Source: Candidatus Eiseniibacteriota bacterium
Lineage (GTDB): Bacteria; Eisenbacteria; RBG-16-71-46; CAIMUX01; VGJL01
Direction of reading: 5' to 3'
Length of the DNA stretch: 64,000 bases
Assembly (NCBI GenBank): GCA_963792585.1
Contig: CAWBWI010000005.1
Span: forward strand, 128,001 to 192,000
In this document: piece by piece, positions 31,646 through 40,791 of the stretch
How positions within the stretch are numbered: the first letter of the stretch is position 1
How the letters are laid out: each line of letters opens with the position of its first letter
Position numbers and translations under genes: made by a program
Notes under the pieces: model-generated
What the model saw: only the letters and a program-made list of their open reading frames with translations
What the model was told of the DNA's origin: nothing
Databases searched by the model: none

Positions 31646-31788
31646 CCGAAGGAAAACTTCTGAACGCGGACGCGCCTGCCCCTATGTCTCTAGGGCGGCG
31701 TCGGGGGTGGGCCGGCCGCGCATCCCAGACCGTGTCTCCGCGACCGTCCTGACCCGGCAGCCCGCCCCCGACGCGGCTGCTCGGGGAT

Positions 31789-33318
31789 CTACCAGATCGA
31801 ACGCCGACGGCGCCGTGGCGGCGAACCCAACAGGGCCCCGAGAAGCCCTCGCGTCACCTCGCGCGTCACGGTCCGCGTCACGGGCGAGCGCAGCACCTCT
31901 TCGAGTTTGCTGGGCGGCTCCTTCGCCGCCCGGCGCGCCGGCGGCGGCGCCTCCGGCGCCTGGGGGGCGGGCGCCATCCTGGCTGCGAGCATCTCGCGCG
32001 CGCTGTCCCGGTCGACCGCCGTCGCATACGCGCGCACCTGCTCCGATGCTCCGAGTCTGGCGGCGAAGTCAGCGTCGTCGAGGGGACCCATCCGGGACGC
32101 CGGAGGCCCCAGGCGCGTGGCGAACGGCATCGTGGGCACGCCGGCCGGGGTGAGGACGGAAACGAGCGCATCGCCGATGCCGAGCGAGGTGAGGGTCGAC
32201 TCGATCTCATAGAAGGGCGTCTTGGGAAGCGAGCGCGCGGCGGCGCGCAGGGCCTTGTCATCGTCGGGTGTGAAGGCCCGCAGCGCGTGCTGCACCTTGT
32301 TCCCCAGCTGGCCCAGTATATCACCCGGCACATCTTTGGGATTCTGCGTGACGAAGAAGATGCCCACCCCCTTCGACCGGATCAGCCGCACGATCTGTTC
32401 AACCTGATCGAGGAACGCCTTGCTCGCGTCGTCGAAGAGCAGGTGGGCTTCGTCGAAGAAGAAGACGAGCTTCGGCTTGTCGATGTCCCCCACCTCGGGA
32501 AGCTCGTGGTAGAGACGCGCGAGAAGTCCCATCATGAAGGTCGAGAAGAGAAGCGGCTTGTCGTTGACGTCGGAAAGCTCGAGCACGGTCACGCGGCCGT
32601 CCTCCGCGCCGTTCGTGACGAGCAGATCGTCCAGGTCGAACTCGGGCTCGCCGAAGAACCGTTCCGCCCCCTGCTGCTCCATCTCGACCATCTTGCGGAG
32701 GATCACGCCGACCGTCGCCTTCGTGATGCCGCCGTAGTCCCTCAACTCCGCAGCGCCATCCTCGGTCAGGTATTGAAGCACAGACCGAAGATCCGCGAGA
32801 TCGAGCAACGGGAGTCGCCGGTCGTCGCAGAACTTGAAGACCAGGGCGAGGACGCTCGTCTGGGTATCGTTGAGCGAGAGGATCTTGGAGAGGAGCAACG
32901 GTCCGAAGGAGGATACCGTCGCGCGCAGCTGCGCTCCCCGCGCGCCCGTGAGGCTGAGGAATTCGACCGGATAGGCGGCCGGGCGCCAGTCCCAGCCGGT
33001 CTCCTTCGCGCGCTGTGTGATTCGATCGTTTGACGTCCCCTCCGTACCGAGTCCGGAGAGATCCCCCTTGATGTCGGCGAGGAACACCGGCACCCCTGCG
33101 CTCGAGAGTTGCTCGGCGATCAGTTGCAGCGTTCGGGTCTTGCCGGTTCCCGTCGCGCCCGCGATCAGACCGTGACGGTTGGCCATCGCGAGGGGAAGTC
33201 GGACCAGCGGTTCACCGATGCACTCCGACCCGAGAATCGGGGCGCCCAGCAGGATCGAGGGGGCGTCCGCCGCGAAGGATCTCCTCGCGGCGTCGGTGAA
33301 TTTCGGGTCCAACGTCAT
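31789..33318 (-). CDS. DUF853 / YjgR-like HerA-family ATPase
   Basis: NRHGLIAGATGTGKT, ADIKGDLSG, KLVFFFDEAHLLF, RLIRSKGVG, QHALRAFTP. Confidence 0.92.
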   Translation of the reverse strand: MTLDPKFTDAARRSFAADAPSILLGAPILGSECIGEPLVRLPLAMANRHGLIAGATGTGKTRTLQLIAEQLSSAGVPVFLADIKGDLSGLGTEGTSNDRITQRAKETGWDWRPAAYPVEFLSLTGARGAQLRATVSSFGPLLLSKILSLNDTQTSVLALVFKFCDDRRLPLLDLADLRSVLQYLTEDGAAELRDYGGITKATVGVILRKMVEMEQQGAERFFGEPEFDLDDLLVTNGAEDGRVTVLELSDVNDKPLLFSTFMMGLLARLYHELPEVGDIDKPKLVFFFDEAHLLFDDASKAFLDQVEQIVRLIRSKGVGIFFVTQNPKDVPGDILGQLGNKVQHALRAFTPDDDKALRAAARSLPKTPFYEIESTLTSLGIGDALVSVLTPAGVPTMPFATRLGPPASRMGPLDDADFAARLGASEQVRAYATAVDRDSAREMLAARMAPAPQAPEAPPPARRAAKEPPSKLEEVLRSPVTRTVTREVTRGLLGALLGSPPRRRRRSIW

Positions 33319-33638
33319 CTCTTTTGCCTCCATCCGGGCTTGCAGGGGTTGGGCCGTCGTCGTCGGGCCGCCGCGATCGCACCCGATTTCGTCTGGATGT
33401 GAGGATCGCGACTCCCGGGAATCCATCATAGTCGACCCGCTCGCGCCCCGCAGCGCGATTCCCTGCCTTCCGGCCGCAGCATGCCAACGTGTAGAGTGGC
33501 CGAATCCGGAGCGGCCCGGGACGCGGGCGATCCGGCGAAACGGATGGTGGAGAACTGAGCACCGCGACGATCACCCAGAGGACAGGAGCCGATTACCCAC
33601 GCGCTACGATACGCGGCGCCCGCACGGCCCTGTTCCTC

Positions 33639-34490
33639 TTGCGCATCATCCTCCCCCTTTCCTTCGCGGTCAGCCTGCTCGACTGGACCGGGCTTCTCGC
33701 AAAGATCGGTCGGTTGCTCGCGCCCGCCATGAGCACCTTCGGCTTGCCGGGCGAGGCCGCACTCGCCCTGGTCTCGGGATGGTTGGTGGGAATCTATGGC
33801 GGCGTCGCCGCGATGGCGATCCTTCCCCTGGGCCCCGCACAGGTGACGATTCTCTCCCTGATGCTGCTGACGGCGCACAATCTGCCAGTCGAATGCACCG
33901 TGCAGCACAAGACCGGAACCCCATGGTGGTTGAGCCTTCCGGTTCGCATCGCGACGGCGGCGGTGCTCGGATGGATCTGCGCCGCATTCCTCATCCCGCA
34001 CGGCGCGCGCGGGGAGATCGCGATCCCGCCGTCCCTCCCCGCGGCGCATGCCTCCTTCGGGACTTTCTTGGAGCACTGGGCGGTGAGTGCCGGCAAGCTG
34101 GCCGTCAAGATCCTCGTGATCCTGCTTGGCCTGATGCTCGTGACCGAGTGGATGCGGGCGCACGACATCTACCATCGCATCGCGCGGCCGCTGAAGCCCG
34201 TCCTCTCCGCGATGGGACTCGCCCCGTCCGTCGCCTTCCTCTGGATTACAGCGATGGTCCTGGGGCTGGCCTACGGATCGGGTCTCTTGATGGAGGAGGC
34301 CCGCGAACCGGGACGCTATCGCGCGGCGGATCTGCGGGACCTGAACGTTTCGATCGGAATCTGCCACTCGGTCCTCGAAGACACGGCCCTTCTCTTCGCG
34401 CTCGGCGCTGGGCTATTGTGGATCACCGTGCCGCGCTTCATCGCGGCGGCGATCGTGGTTCGGCTCACGCGGATCGTCGCGCGGGCCTGA
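33639..34490 (+). CDS. Nucleoside recognition (Gate) domain membrane protein
   Basis: FGLPGEAAL, AHNLPVE, GLAYGSG, CHSVLEDT; the true start may lie further upstream because the frame stays open. Confidence 0.8.
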   Translation: MRIILPLSFAVSLLDWTGLLAKIGRLLAPAMSTFGLPGEAALALVSGWLVGIYGGVAAMAILPLGPAQVTILSLMLLTAHNLPVECTVQHKTGTPWWLSLPVRIATAAVLGWICAAFLIPHGARGEIAIPPSLPAAHASFGTFLEHWAVSAGKLAVKILVILLGLMLVTEWMRAHDIYHRIARPLKPVLSAMGLAPSVAFLWITAMVLGLAYGSGLLMEEAREPGRYRAADLRDLNVSIGICHSVLEDTALLFALGAGLLWITVPRFIAAAIVVRLTRIVARA

Positions 34491-34510
34491 GGGGGAAGTC
34501 CGAGGTGGGG

Positions 34511-35305
34511 ATGCGAGTCGATTGGGCGCTGGCGACCGACACTGGACGGGTGCGGACCCAGAACGAGGATTCCGCGATCGTCCGGGAAGCCGACGGCTTC
34601 GCCGTTCTGTGCGACGGGATGGGTGGGCACCTCGCGGGCGAGGTCGCGAGTCGAATCGGCGTGACGACGTTCGTCGAGTCGCTGGGTCGGCGGGCCGGGG
34701 CCGAAGGCAACCACGGCGCTGTCACGCCCATGATCGGCGCGGTGCGCGCCGCCAACAACGCGATCTACCAGGCCGCGCGTTCCGCCACGGAGCACACGGG
34801 GATGGGCTGCACGCTCGTCGCCCTGCGCATGATCGAGGGGCGCGCCTTCTACGTCAGCGTGGGTGACAGTCGCCTGTACCGGATGCGCGCGGGCGCCGTC
34901 GCGCAGGTCACCGAAGATCACACGCGTCTGCGCATGTTCGCCCGCCTCGGAATTCCGCTCGATCCGGGCGAGGCGCGCATGCTTCGCGGCGTTCTGACCC
35001 GCGCCCTCGGAACCTCCCCGGGAATCGACGTGGATTATGGCGAGATTGGCACCATGGCCGGTGACATTTGGCTCCTCTGCAGCGACGGCCTGACCGACGA
35101 ACTGGATGACGGTGCGATCGGGGCGATTCTCGCGGAATCCCCGGTTGCACGCGAGGCCGCCAACCGCTGCGTCCGGGAGGCGATCCGGGCGGGAGGACGC
35201 GACAATGTCACCGTTGTCGTCGCCCGCGTGATCGACGGCGGAACGTCGGGGACGCCCGGCGAGAAGCTCCCCGAACCGACGACCGATCCGGCCCCGCCGG
35301 CCTGA
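34511..35305 (+). CDS. PP2C-family Ser/Thr phosphatase (Stp1/PrpC-like)
   Basis: TDTGRVRTQNED, CDGMGGH, VGDSRLY, LLCSDGL, GGRDNVT. Confidence 0.92.
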   Translation: MRVDWALATDTGRVRTQNEDSAIVREADGFAVLCDGMGGHLAGEVASRIGVTTFVESLGRRAGAEGNHGAVTPMIGAVRAANNAIYQAARSATEHTGMGCTLVALRMIEGRAFYVSVGDSRLYRMRAGAVAQVTEDHTRLRMFARLGIPLDPGEARMLRGVLTRALGTSPGIDVDYGEIGTMAGDIWLLCSDGLTDELDDGAIGAILAESPVAREAANRCVREAIRAGGRDNVTVVVARVIDGGTSGTPGEKLPEPTTDPAPPA

Positions 35306-35399
35306 TTCGGGAGGATCCGGCGCCGCCGACCACGTACAGGAGGCGTCGGGGCGGCGCGTCCGCCTCCCGATCCGTCATCCCCGATCCTGGATCCACGGA

Positions 35400-36539
35400 C
35401 TACTTGAGAACTTGCGTGGCGATCACGACCCTCTGGATCTCGGAGGTGCCCTCGTAGATCTCGGTGATCCGGGCGTCCCGGTAGAGCCGCTCGACGATGA
35501 ACTCCTTCGTGTAACCGTACCCGCCGTGGATCTGGATCGCCCGGTGGGCGGCGCGGGTCGCCATCTCGCTGGCAAACAACTTTGCCTGGGCCGCTTCCCG
35601 CGTGATGCTTGCGCCGGTGTCCTTCAGCGACGCCGCGCGCCAGGTCAAGAGCCTCGCCGCTTCGAGCTCGGTCGCGGTGTCGGCGATCATCCACTGAAGC
35701 GCCTGGAAGCTCGAGATCGGCTTGCCGAACTGCTTGCGTTCCTTGGAGTACTTGAGCGACTCGTCGAGAGCGGACTGCCCGATGCCGACCGCCTGCGCCG
35801 CGATCCCGATGCGCCCCGCGTCGAGCGTGGTCATGGCGACGCGAAACCCCTTGTTCGGCTCTCCGAGCATGTTCGACTTTGGAAGCCGGACATTGTCGAA
35901 GTGGAGGGTGCACGCGCCCGAGCCGCGGATGCCGAGCGTCTCCTCCTTGCGTCCGACGGTGAAGCCGGGCATATCCCGCTCCAGGATAAACGCGCTGATC
36001 CCGCGAACGCCGGAGGGCGGGTCGGTGAGGCAGAATACGAGGAACGTCTTGGCGATCATCGCGTTCGTGATGAAGATCTTCGAGCCGTTGAGGATGTAGT
36101 CCTCACCGTCCACAACCGCCACGGTTCGCTGGCTCGCTGCGTCGGAGCCGGCCTCGGGCTCCGTCAATGCGAAGGCTCCGACCGCCTCCCCTTTCGCGAG
36201 GGGAACGAGGTACTTTTGCTTCTGCTCTTCCGTCCCGAACTCCAGCAGGGGAAAGCAGACGAGGCTGTTGTGCGCCGAGACGATCACACCGGTCGCGGCG
36301 CACGCGCGCGAGATCTCCTCGATGATCAGGGCATAGGAGAAGGTGTCGAGTCCCGATCCGCCGTACTCGGGCGGGATGAATACCCCCAGAAAGCCGAGTT
36401 CCGCGAGCTTCGCGATCGATTCTCGGGGAAAGCGTCCTTCGGCGTCGACGGCCGCCGCGCGAGGCCGGACCTCCCGCTCCGCGAAGTCGCGTGCGGAGTC
36501 CAGGACCATCTTCTGCTCGTCACTGAGGTTGAAATCCAT
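35400..36539 (-). CDS. Acyl-CoA dehydrogenase (short-chain/butyryl-CoA type)
   Basis: FALTEPEAGSD, NGSKIFITN, GRIGIAAQAVG, QIHGGYGY, IYEGTSEIQR. Confidence 0.95.
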   Translation of the reverse strand: MDFNLSDEQKMVLDSARDFAEREVRPRAAAVDAEGRFPRESIAKLAELGFLGVFIPPEYGGSGLDTFSYALIIEEISRACAATGVIVSAHNSLVCFPLLEFGTEEQKQKYLVPLAKGEAVGAFALTEPEAGSDAASQRTVAVVDGEDYILNGSKIFITNAMIAKTFLVFCLTDPPSGVRGISAFILERDMPGFTVGRKEETLGIRGSGACTLHFDNVRLPKSNMLGEPNKGFRVAMTTLDAGRIGIAAQAVGIGQSALDESLKYSKERKQFGKPISSFQALQWMIADTATELEAARLLTWRAASLKDTGASITREAAQAKLFASEMATRAAHRAIQIHGGYGYTKEFIVERLYRDARITEIYEGTSEIQRVVIATQVLK

Positions 36540-36602
36540 CAGTTTCCTCCGGAGTTCGGGTTCTTCAGGGACTCGCGGCCGCTCGTCCGAGCGTTGTTCA
36601 TC

Positions 36603-37469
36603 CTAACCGATCGCGGCGTTCGATCCAGTTCTTCCGAGCAGGTGGCGTAGCGCATCGTCCAGGTCCGGATACCGCCAGACGTACCCGGATGCCCGCAGGC
36701 GCGCGGGGTCCACCCGCTGACTCGCCAGCAGCATCGCGTCCGCCGCCTCGCCGAAGACGGCTCTCAGGGCGAAACCCGGGACCGGGATCACCGCGAGACG
36801 TCCGAGGACGCGCGCCAGAGCACGGGTGAACACGGCGTTCGTCACGGCCCGGGGCGCGACCCCGTTGACGGGCCCTTCCAGGGACTCGGTGACCAGGGCA
36901 TGCAGAATGATGCCGATCAGGTCATCGAGAGCGACCCAACTGAACCACTGCCTGCCGTCGCCGATGCGACCGCCGAGTCCCAGCCGGAACAGCGGGAGCA
37001 TCTTGCCAAGGGCACCGCCGGCGCCGCTGAGAACGACGCCGATCCGCGGGTGGACGACCCGAATTCCCCGCTCCCGGGCGGACGCGCAACCGGCCTCCCA
37101 GGCGCGACAGACGTCGGGAAGAAACCCGGCTCCGCCCCGGCTTTCCTCGGTCAAGACTTCTTCCCCGCGATCCCCGTAGAAACCCACGGCGGACGCGCTG
37201 ACCAGAACCCGCGGCGGCGTCTCCATCCGCGCCAACGCCTCGCAGAGGCGTCGAGTTCCCTCGTCCCTGCTCTCGAGGATCCGCCGCTTCTTCGCCTGGT
37301 TCCAGCGTCCCACGATCGGCTCTCCGGCGAGATGAACGACCCCATCGATGCCCGTCGGAATCTCGGCCCACCCGCGCGCCAGACGCGTCACCCGATGCCC
37401 GCCCGAGGTGAGGAACGGGACGAGCGATCGTCCGATCATTCCCGTCGACCCGGTGATCAGAATGTTCAT
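36603..37469 (-). CDS. TIGR01777 family epimerase (YfcH-like)
   Basis: ILITGSTGMIG, HLAGEPI, SASAVGFYG, GLGGRIGDGRQWFSWV. Confidence 0.9.
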   Translation of the reverse strand: MNILITGSTGMIGRSLVPFLTSGGHRVTRLARGWAEIPTGIDGVVHLAGEPIVGRWNQAKKRRILESRDEGTRRLCEALARMETPPRVLVSASAVGFYGDRGEEVLTEESRGGAGFLPDVCRAWEAGCASARERGIRVVHPRIGVVLSGAGGALGKMLPLFRLGLGGRIGDGRQWFSWVALDDLIGIILHALVTESLEGPVNGVAPRAVTNAVFTRALARVLGRLAVIPVPGFALRAVFGEAADAMLLASQRVDPARLRASGYVWRYPDLDDALRHLLGRTGSNAAIG

Positions 37470-37738
37470 GGGATGATCCCCTTCCTCGCGCGCATGCGCC
37501 GCCGGATCCCCCTGCGTGATCCAGTGTCGATCGTTGCACATCCGATCCGGTTTCTCTCGGAAAGGGCTCCCACGAGGAAGAGTTTGCGCCCGCGGGGCGT
37601 GCCGACCCGACTCCCGACCTCGACCGGTTCCCAGTGCGGGGTTGGCCGCTCCAGGGAGGCGGGGCGCCCATGCCACGCGAACAGATCCTCTGCAGGCGCC
37701 TCCACGCGGGAGCGACGCACGTAGAGGCGCGGGGTCAT
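37470..37738 (-). pseudogene. Degenerate SRPBCC (polyketide cyclase-like) domain remnant in front of TIGR01777
   Basis: YVRRSRVEAPAEDLFAWHGRPASLERPTPHW resembles an SRPBCC N-terminus. DRMCNDRHWITQGDPAAH, in the TIGR01777 frame, resembles its C-terminus. The middle is missing. Confidence 0.55.
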
Positions 37739-39171
37739 CGCCTCTCCGCGGCCCGCGCGATGCCGCGCAGCATTCCCGCGAATACCCGCCGGTGGATCGG
37801 GTAGAGGATGTACCAGTAGGCAAGACCGGGAAGGCCGAGAGGATCGAAGATCGCCGTCTGCCGGACGATCGCTCCGTCCCCGTCCGGCTCGACCGTGAAC
37901 TCGAGCCACGCTCGTCCCGGGACCTTCATCTCGGCAACGAGCCGGAGTTCCCGATCCGGGACGATCCGCTCGACACGCCACCAGTCGACAGGATCGCCCA
38001 CGTTCAGCCGATCCGGATGGGGGCGGCCGCGCCGAACGCCGACACCACCCGCGAGCAGATCGAGGAATCCCCGCAGCCGCCAGATCCAATTCCAGGAGTA
38101 GTAACCGGTGTTCCCCCCGATCCTTCGGATCGGAGCGAAGGCGCGCGGACAGTCCGCCGCGACGCGGATCGCTCGCGAATCCACGATCCGGCTGCCAAAT
38201 CTCACGCCGCCCCGAGGGCTTCGCAGTCCCGAAGCCGAGAGGGCATCGGACCAGCGCGTCTCGGCGGCCTCCCGGTCCTCGTTGCGGAGCGCCGTCGCAA
38301 TCGCTTCCCGAACGCCGAGCGGGCGAAGGGAAAAGAGCCGACGGGCAATGTCATCATCGACGATCGTCGGATGGCGAAGACTGTCGATCAACTTCCGTCC
38401 GACGCGGGCATAGAGCGGTGTGACGAGGCCGAGCCACAAGCTCGAGAGGCGCGGGGTCAGGACCGGCACCGGGATCATCGTCCGCTTGAGGCCGCGTTGC
38501 CGGGCGTATTCCCGCATGATCTGACCGTAGGAGACGCGATCGGCTCCGCCGATCGGGATGATCCGGTTTCCTTCAACGGCAAGATCGATCGCGGATTCCA
38601 GGTAGTCGACTAGATCCGTAACGGCGATCGGTTGCGCCGGCACCGCAACCCAGCGGGGCGTGACCATCACCGGCAGACGTTCGACGAGCGCACGGATCAT
38701 CTCGAAGGAAAGGCTGCCGGAACCGATGACGATCGATGCACGGAACTCGATCAGAGGAACACCCGAAGCCCGCAGGATCTCGCCGACCTCCTGCCGGCTC
38801 CGCAGATGGGCGGACAGGCCGGTTTCCGATCTTCCAAGTCCACCCAGGTAGATGATGCGGCGAACCCCGGAGTCGCGCGCGGCCAGGCCGAAAGCATGCG
38901 CGCCAACGCGATCCTCCTCCTCGAACGATCCCGTGGAGCCCATCGAGTGGATGAGATAGTAGGCGGTCTCGACATCCCGCATTGCGGGAGCGAGGGAACT
39001 CGGCTCGAGGACATCGCCCGCCGCCAGTTCGGTGGCCGCCCCCACGCGGCCCCGCAATCGCTCGGGCCGTCGCACGAGGCAGCGGACCCGGCGCCCCCCT
39101 GCCTCGAGCCGGCGGAGGAGCCGCCCCCCGATATAGCCGGTTGCGCCGGTCAGAAGGATCAGGCCGCCCAT
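37735..39171 (-). CDS. YbjT-like atypical SDR with C-terminal DUF2867
   Basis: LTGATGYIGGRL, AYYLIHSM, SAHLRSRQEVG, AEMKVPGRAWLEF. Confidence 0.9.
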   Translation of the reverse strand: MGGLILLTGATGYIGGRLLRRLEAGGRRVRCLVRRPERLRGRVGAATELAAGDVLEPSSLAPAMRDVETAYYLIHSMGSTGSFEEEDRVGAHAFGLAARDSGVRRIIYLGGLGRSETGLSAHLRSRQEVGEILRASGVPLIEFRASIVIGSGSLSFEMIRALVERLPVMVTPRWVAVPAQPIAVTDLVDYLESAIDLAVEGNRIIPIGGADRVSYGQIMREYARQRGLKRTMIPVPVLTPRLSSLWLGLVTPLYARVGRKLIDSLRHPTIVDDDIARRLFSLRPLGVREAIATALRNEDREAAETRWSDALSASGLRSPRGGVRFGSRIVDSRAIRVAADCPRAFAPIRRIGGNTGYYSWNWIWRLRGFLDLLAGGVGVRRGRPHPDRLNVGDPVDWWRVERIVPDRELRLVAEMKVPGRAWLEFTVEPDGDGAIVRQTAIFDPLGLPGLAYWYILYPIHRRVFAGMLRGIARAAERR

Positions 39172-39178
39172 CGGGATC

Positions 39179-40543
39179 TCAGACCTCCCGCTTTACGCGT
39201 GCCAGCGCAGCCAGCGCGCGCAGGCGCGCCTCCGCATGGTCGATGATCGGATCCGGACGCGGTGCCGTCGTCCACCGTCGAACGTACGCCCCGTCGGGGT
39301 CGAACTTGGCCTCCTGCGCCGCCGGGTTGAAGATCCGGAAATAGGGCGCCGCGTCGGCGCCGCATCCTGCCACCCATTGCCAGCCGAGGGTGTTGTTGGC
39401 GAGATCGGCGTCCACGAGTGTGTCCCAGAACCATCGCGCCCCTTCCCGCCAAGGCAGGAGCAGGTCCTTGACCAGGAACGAGGCGACGATCATGCGGACC
39501 CGATTGTGCATCCAACCGGTGGTCCAGAGTTCCGCCATCCCGGCATCGACGATCCCATAGCCGGTGCGAGCGCGCTGCCATGCGTGCAGGCGCCGCGGAT
39601 CCCGTCTCCATGGAAACGCGCGGAACTCCGGACGCAGCGGTTGCGTGGGGGTCTGCGGGAAGTGGTAGAGAAGATGGTGGGCAAACTCGCGCCACCCGAT
39701 TTGCCGGACGTACCCCTCGGCGGCGGCGATGATCCCGGGCTCGGGGTGGGTCGCGGCACGGGTGGTGATCGCGCGCAGCACTTGACGCGGCCCGATCTCG
39801 CCGAAATGGAGATGGGGGGACAGCCGGGAAACGCCGTCGCGATCGGGCCGATCGCGACCGGCCAGGTATCCGCTCAAACCGCTTCTGATAAACTTCCGCA
39901 GCCGCTTTTGCGCACCGACCTCGCCCGGGGTCCAAACCTCACGGATGCCCGAAGCCCAGTCGACTCGCGACTCGAGTCTCAGGCTGTCGAGCGATCCACG
40001 CGCCGGCCATCGGGTCGGGGCATGCATCCGGCGCGGCGCAGGCAGTGGATCGGGCAGGCTCTCCGGCGCCCCGAGGCACGCATTCCAGAAGGGCGTGAAG
40101 ACCCGGAACGGTCCTCCCGCCCGATTGCGGATCGTCCAGGGCTCGTGGAGGAGTGTGGAATTGAAGCTCCGCGCCTCGATCCCGGCGGCCCGCAGTTCCT
40201 GCTTCAACTGCGTCTCCCGAGCGATCGCGGCGGGTTCGTATCGGCGGTTCCAGAAGACGGCATCCGCCCCTGACTCGCCCGCCAGGGCCCGCAAGACGTC
40301 GAGGCTGGCACCCGCGCGAATGACCAGCCGCGAGCCCAGGCGCGCAAGCGCCGCATCGAGAGCCGCCAGCGATTGGTGAAGCCACCAGCGCGAGGCGGCC
40401 CCCGGCGCCCAGTCCCCCTCTTCGGTCGGTGACCAGATGTAGACTGGGATGACTCCGCCGCCGCGCGCCATCGCTCCGGCGAGCGCAGGGTTGTCCTCCA
40501 GCCGCAGATCCTGCCGAAACCAGAGAATCGTGTTCTTCACCAC
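39179..40543 (-). CDS. phrB: Deoxyribodipyrimidine photolyase (class I CPD)
   Basis: LWFRQDLRLEDNPAL, SRLSPHLHFGEI, WREF, GWMHNRVRM, DADLANNTLGWQW, PYFRIFNP. Confidence 0.93.
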   Translation of the reverse strand: MVKNTILWFRQDLRLEDNPALAGAMARGGGVIPVYIWSPTEEGDWAPGAASRWWLHQSLAALDAALARLGSRLVIRAGASLDVLRALAGESGADAVFWNRRYEPAAIARETQLKQELRAAGIEARSFNSTLLHEPWTIRNRAGGPFRVFTPFWNACLGAPESLPDPLPAPRRMHAPTRWPARGSLDSLRLESRVDWASGIREVWTPGEVGAQKRLRKFIRSGLSGYLAGRDRPDRDGVSRLSPHLHFGEIGPRQVLRAITTRAATHPEPGIIAAAEGYVRQIGWREFAHHLLYHFPQTPTQPLRPEFRAFPWRRDPRRLHAWQRARTGYGIVDAGMAELWTTGWMHNRVRMIVASFLVKDLLLPWREGARWFWDTLVDADLANNTLGWQWVAGCGADAAPYFRIFNPAAQEAKFDPDGAYVRRWTTAPRPDPIIDHAEARLRALAALARVKREV

Positions 40544-40568
40544 ACCGTATGATAGATCATCCCCGCGC

Positions 40569-40597
40569 TTGACCCCCAGGGCGGCGCCGCGTATAAG
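40569..40597 (+). promoter_or_regulatory. Sigma70-type promoter for the riboswitch-kimA transcript
   Basis: TTGACC-17 nt-TATAAG immediately upstream of the riboswitch. Confidence 0.65.
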
Positions 40598-40605
40598 GGA
40601 CTGCT

Positions 40606-40728
40606 GTTGTCGCCGAGTCCTGCCGCCGCAGGAACGGGGGACCCAAGATGTTGGGGCGTATCGCCGCAAGGCGAAGGGCAAGCTCTTCGGCCCGAGCCCG
40701 TCAGCTAACCCCGTAGGCGTCGGAGAGG
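40606..40728 (+). ncRNA. c-di-AMP riboswitch (ydaO/yuaA leader)
   Basis: CGCCGAGTCC...GGAACGGGGGACCCA...TTGGGGCGTATC...AGGG...CCCGAGCCCGTCAGCTAACCCCGTAGGCG follows the ydaO consensus order and precedes a YdaO/KimA homolog. Confidence 0.9.
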
Positions 40729-40791
40729 TGTGCCTTCCGGACCGATCCGGGAGACCCTCCTCGAATCGTCACAGCATCAGGAGGCTCCCAA

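Noticed and set aside
31789..33318. HerA-like ATPase as part of an anti-phage system with the Lon-like gene
   Set aside because: It is an ordinary DUF853/YjgR protein, convergent to the triplet, with no nuclease or SIR2 partner.
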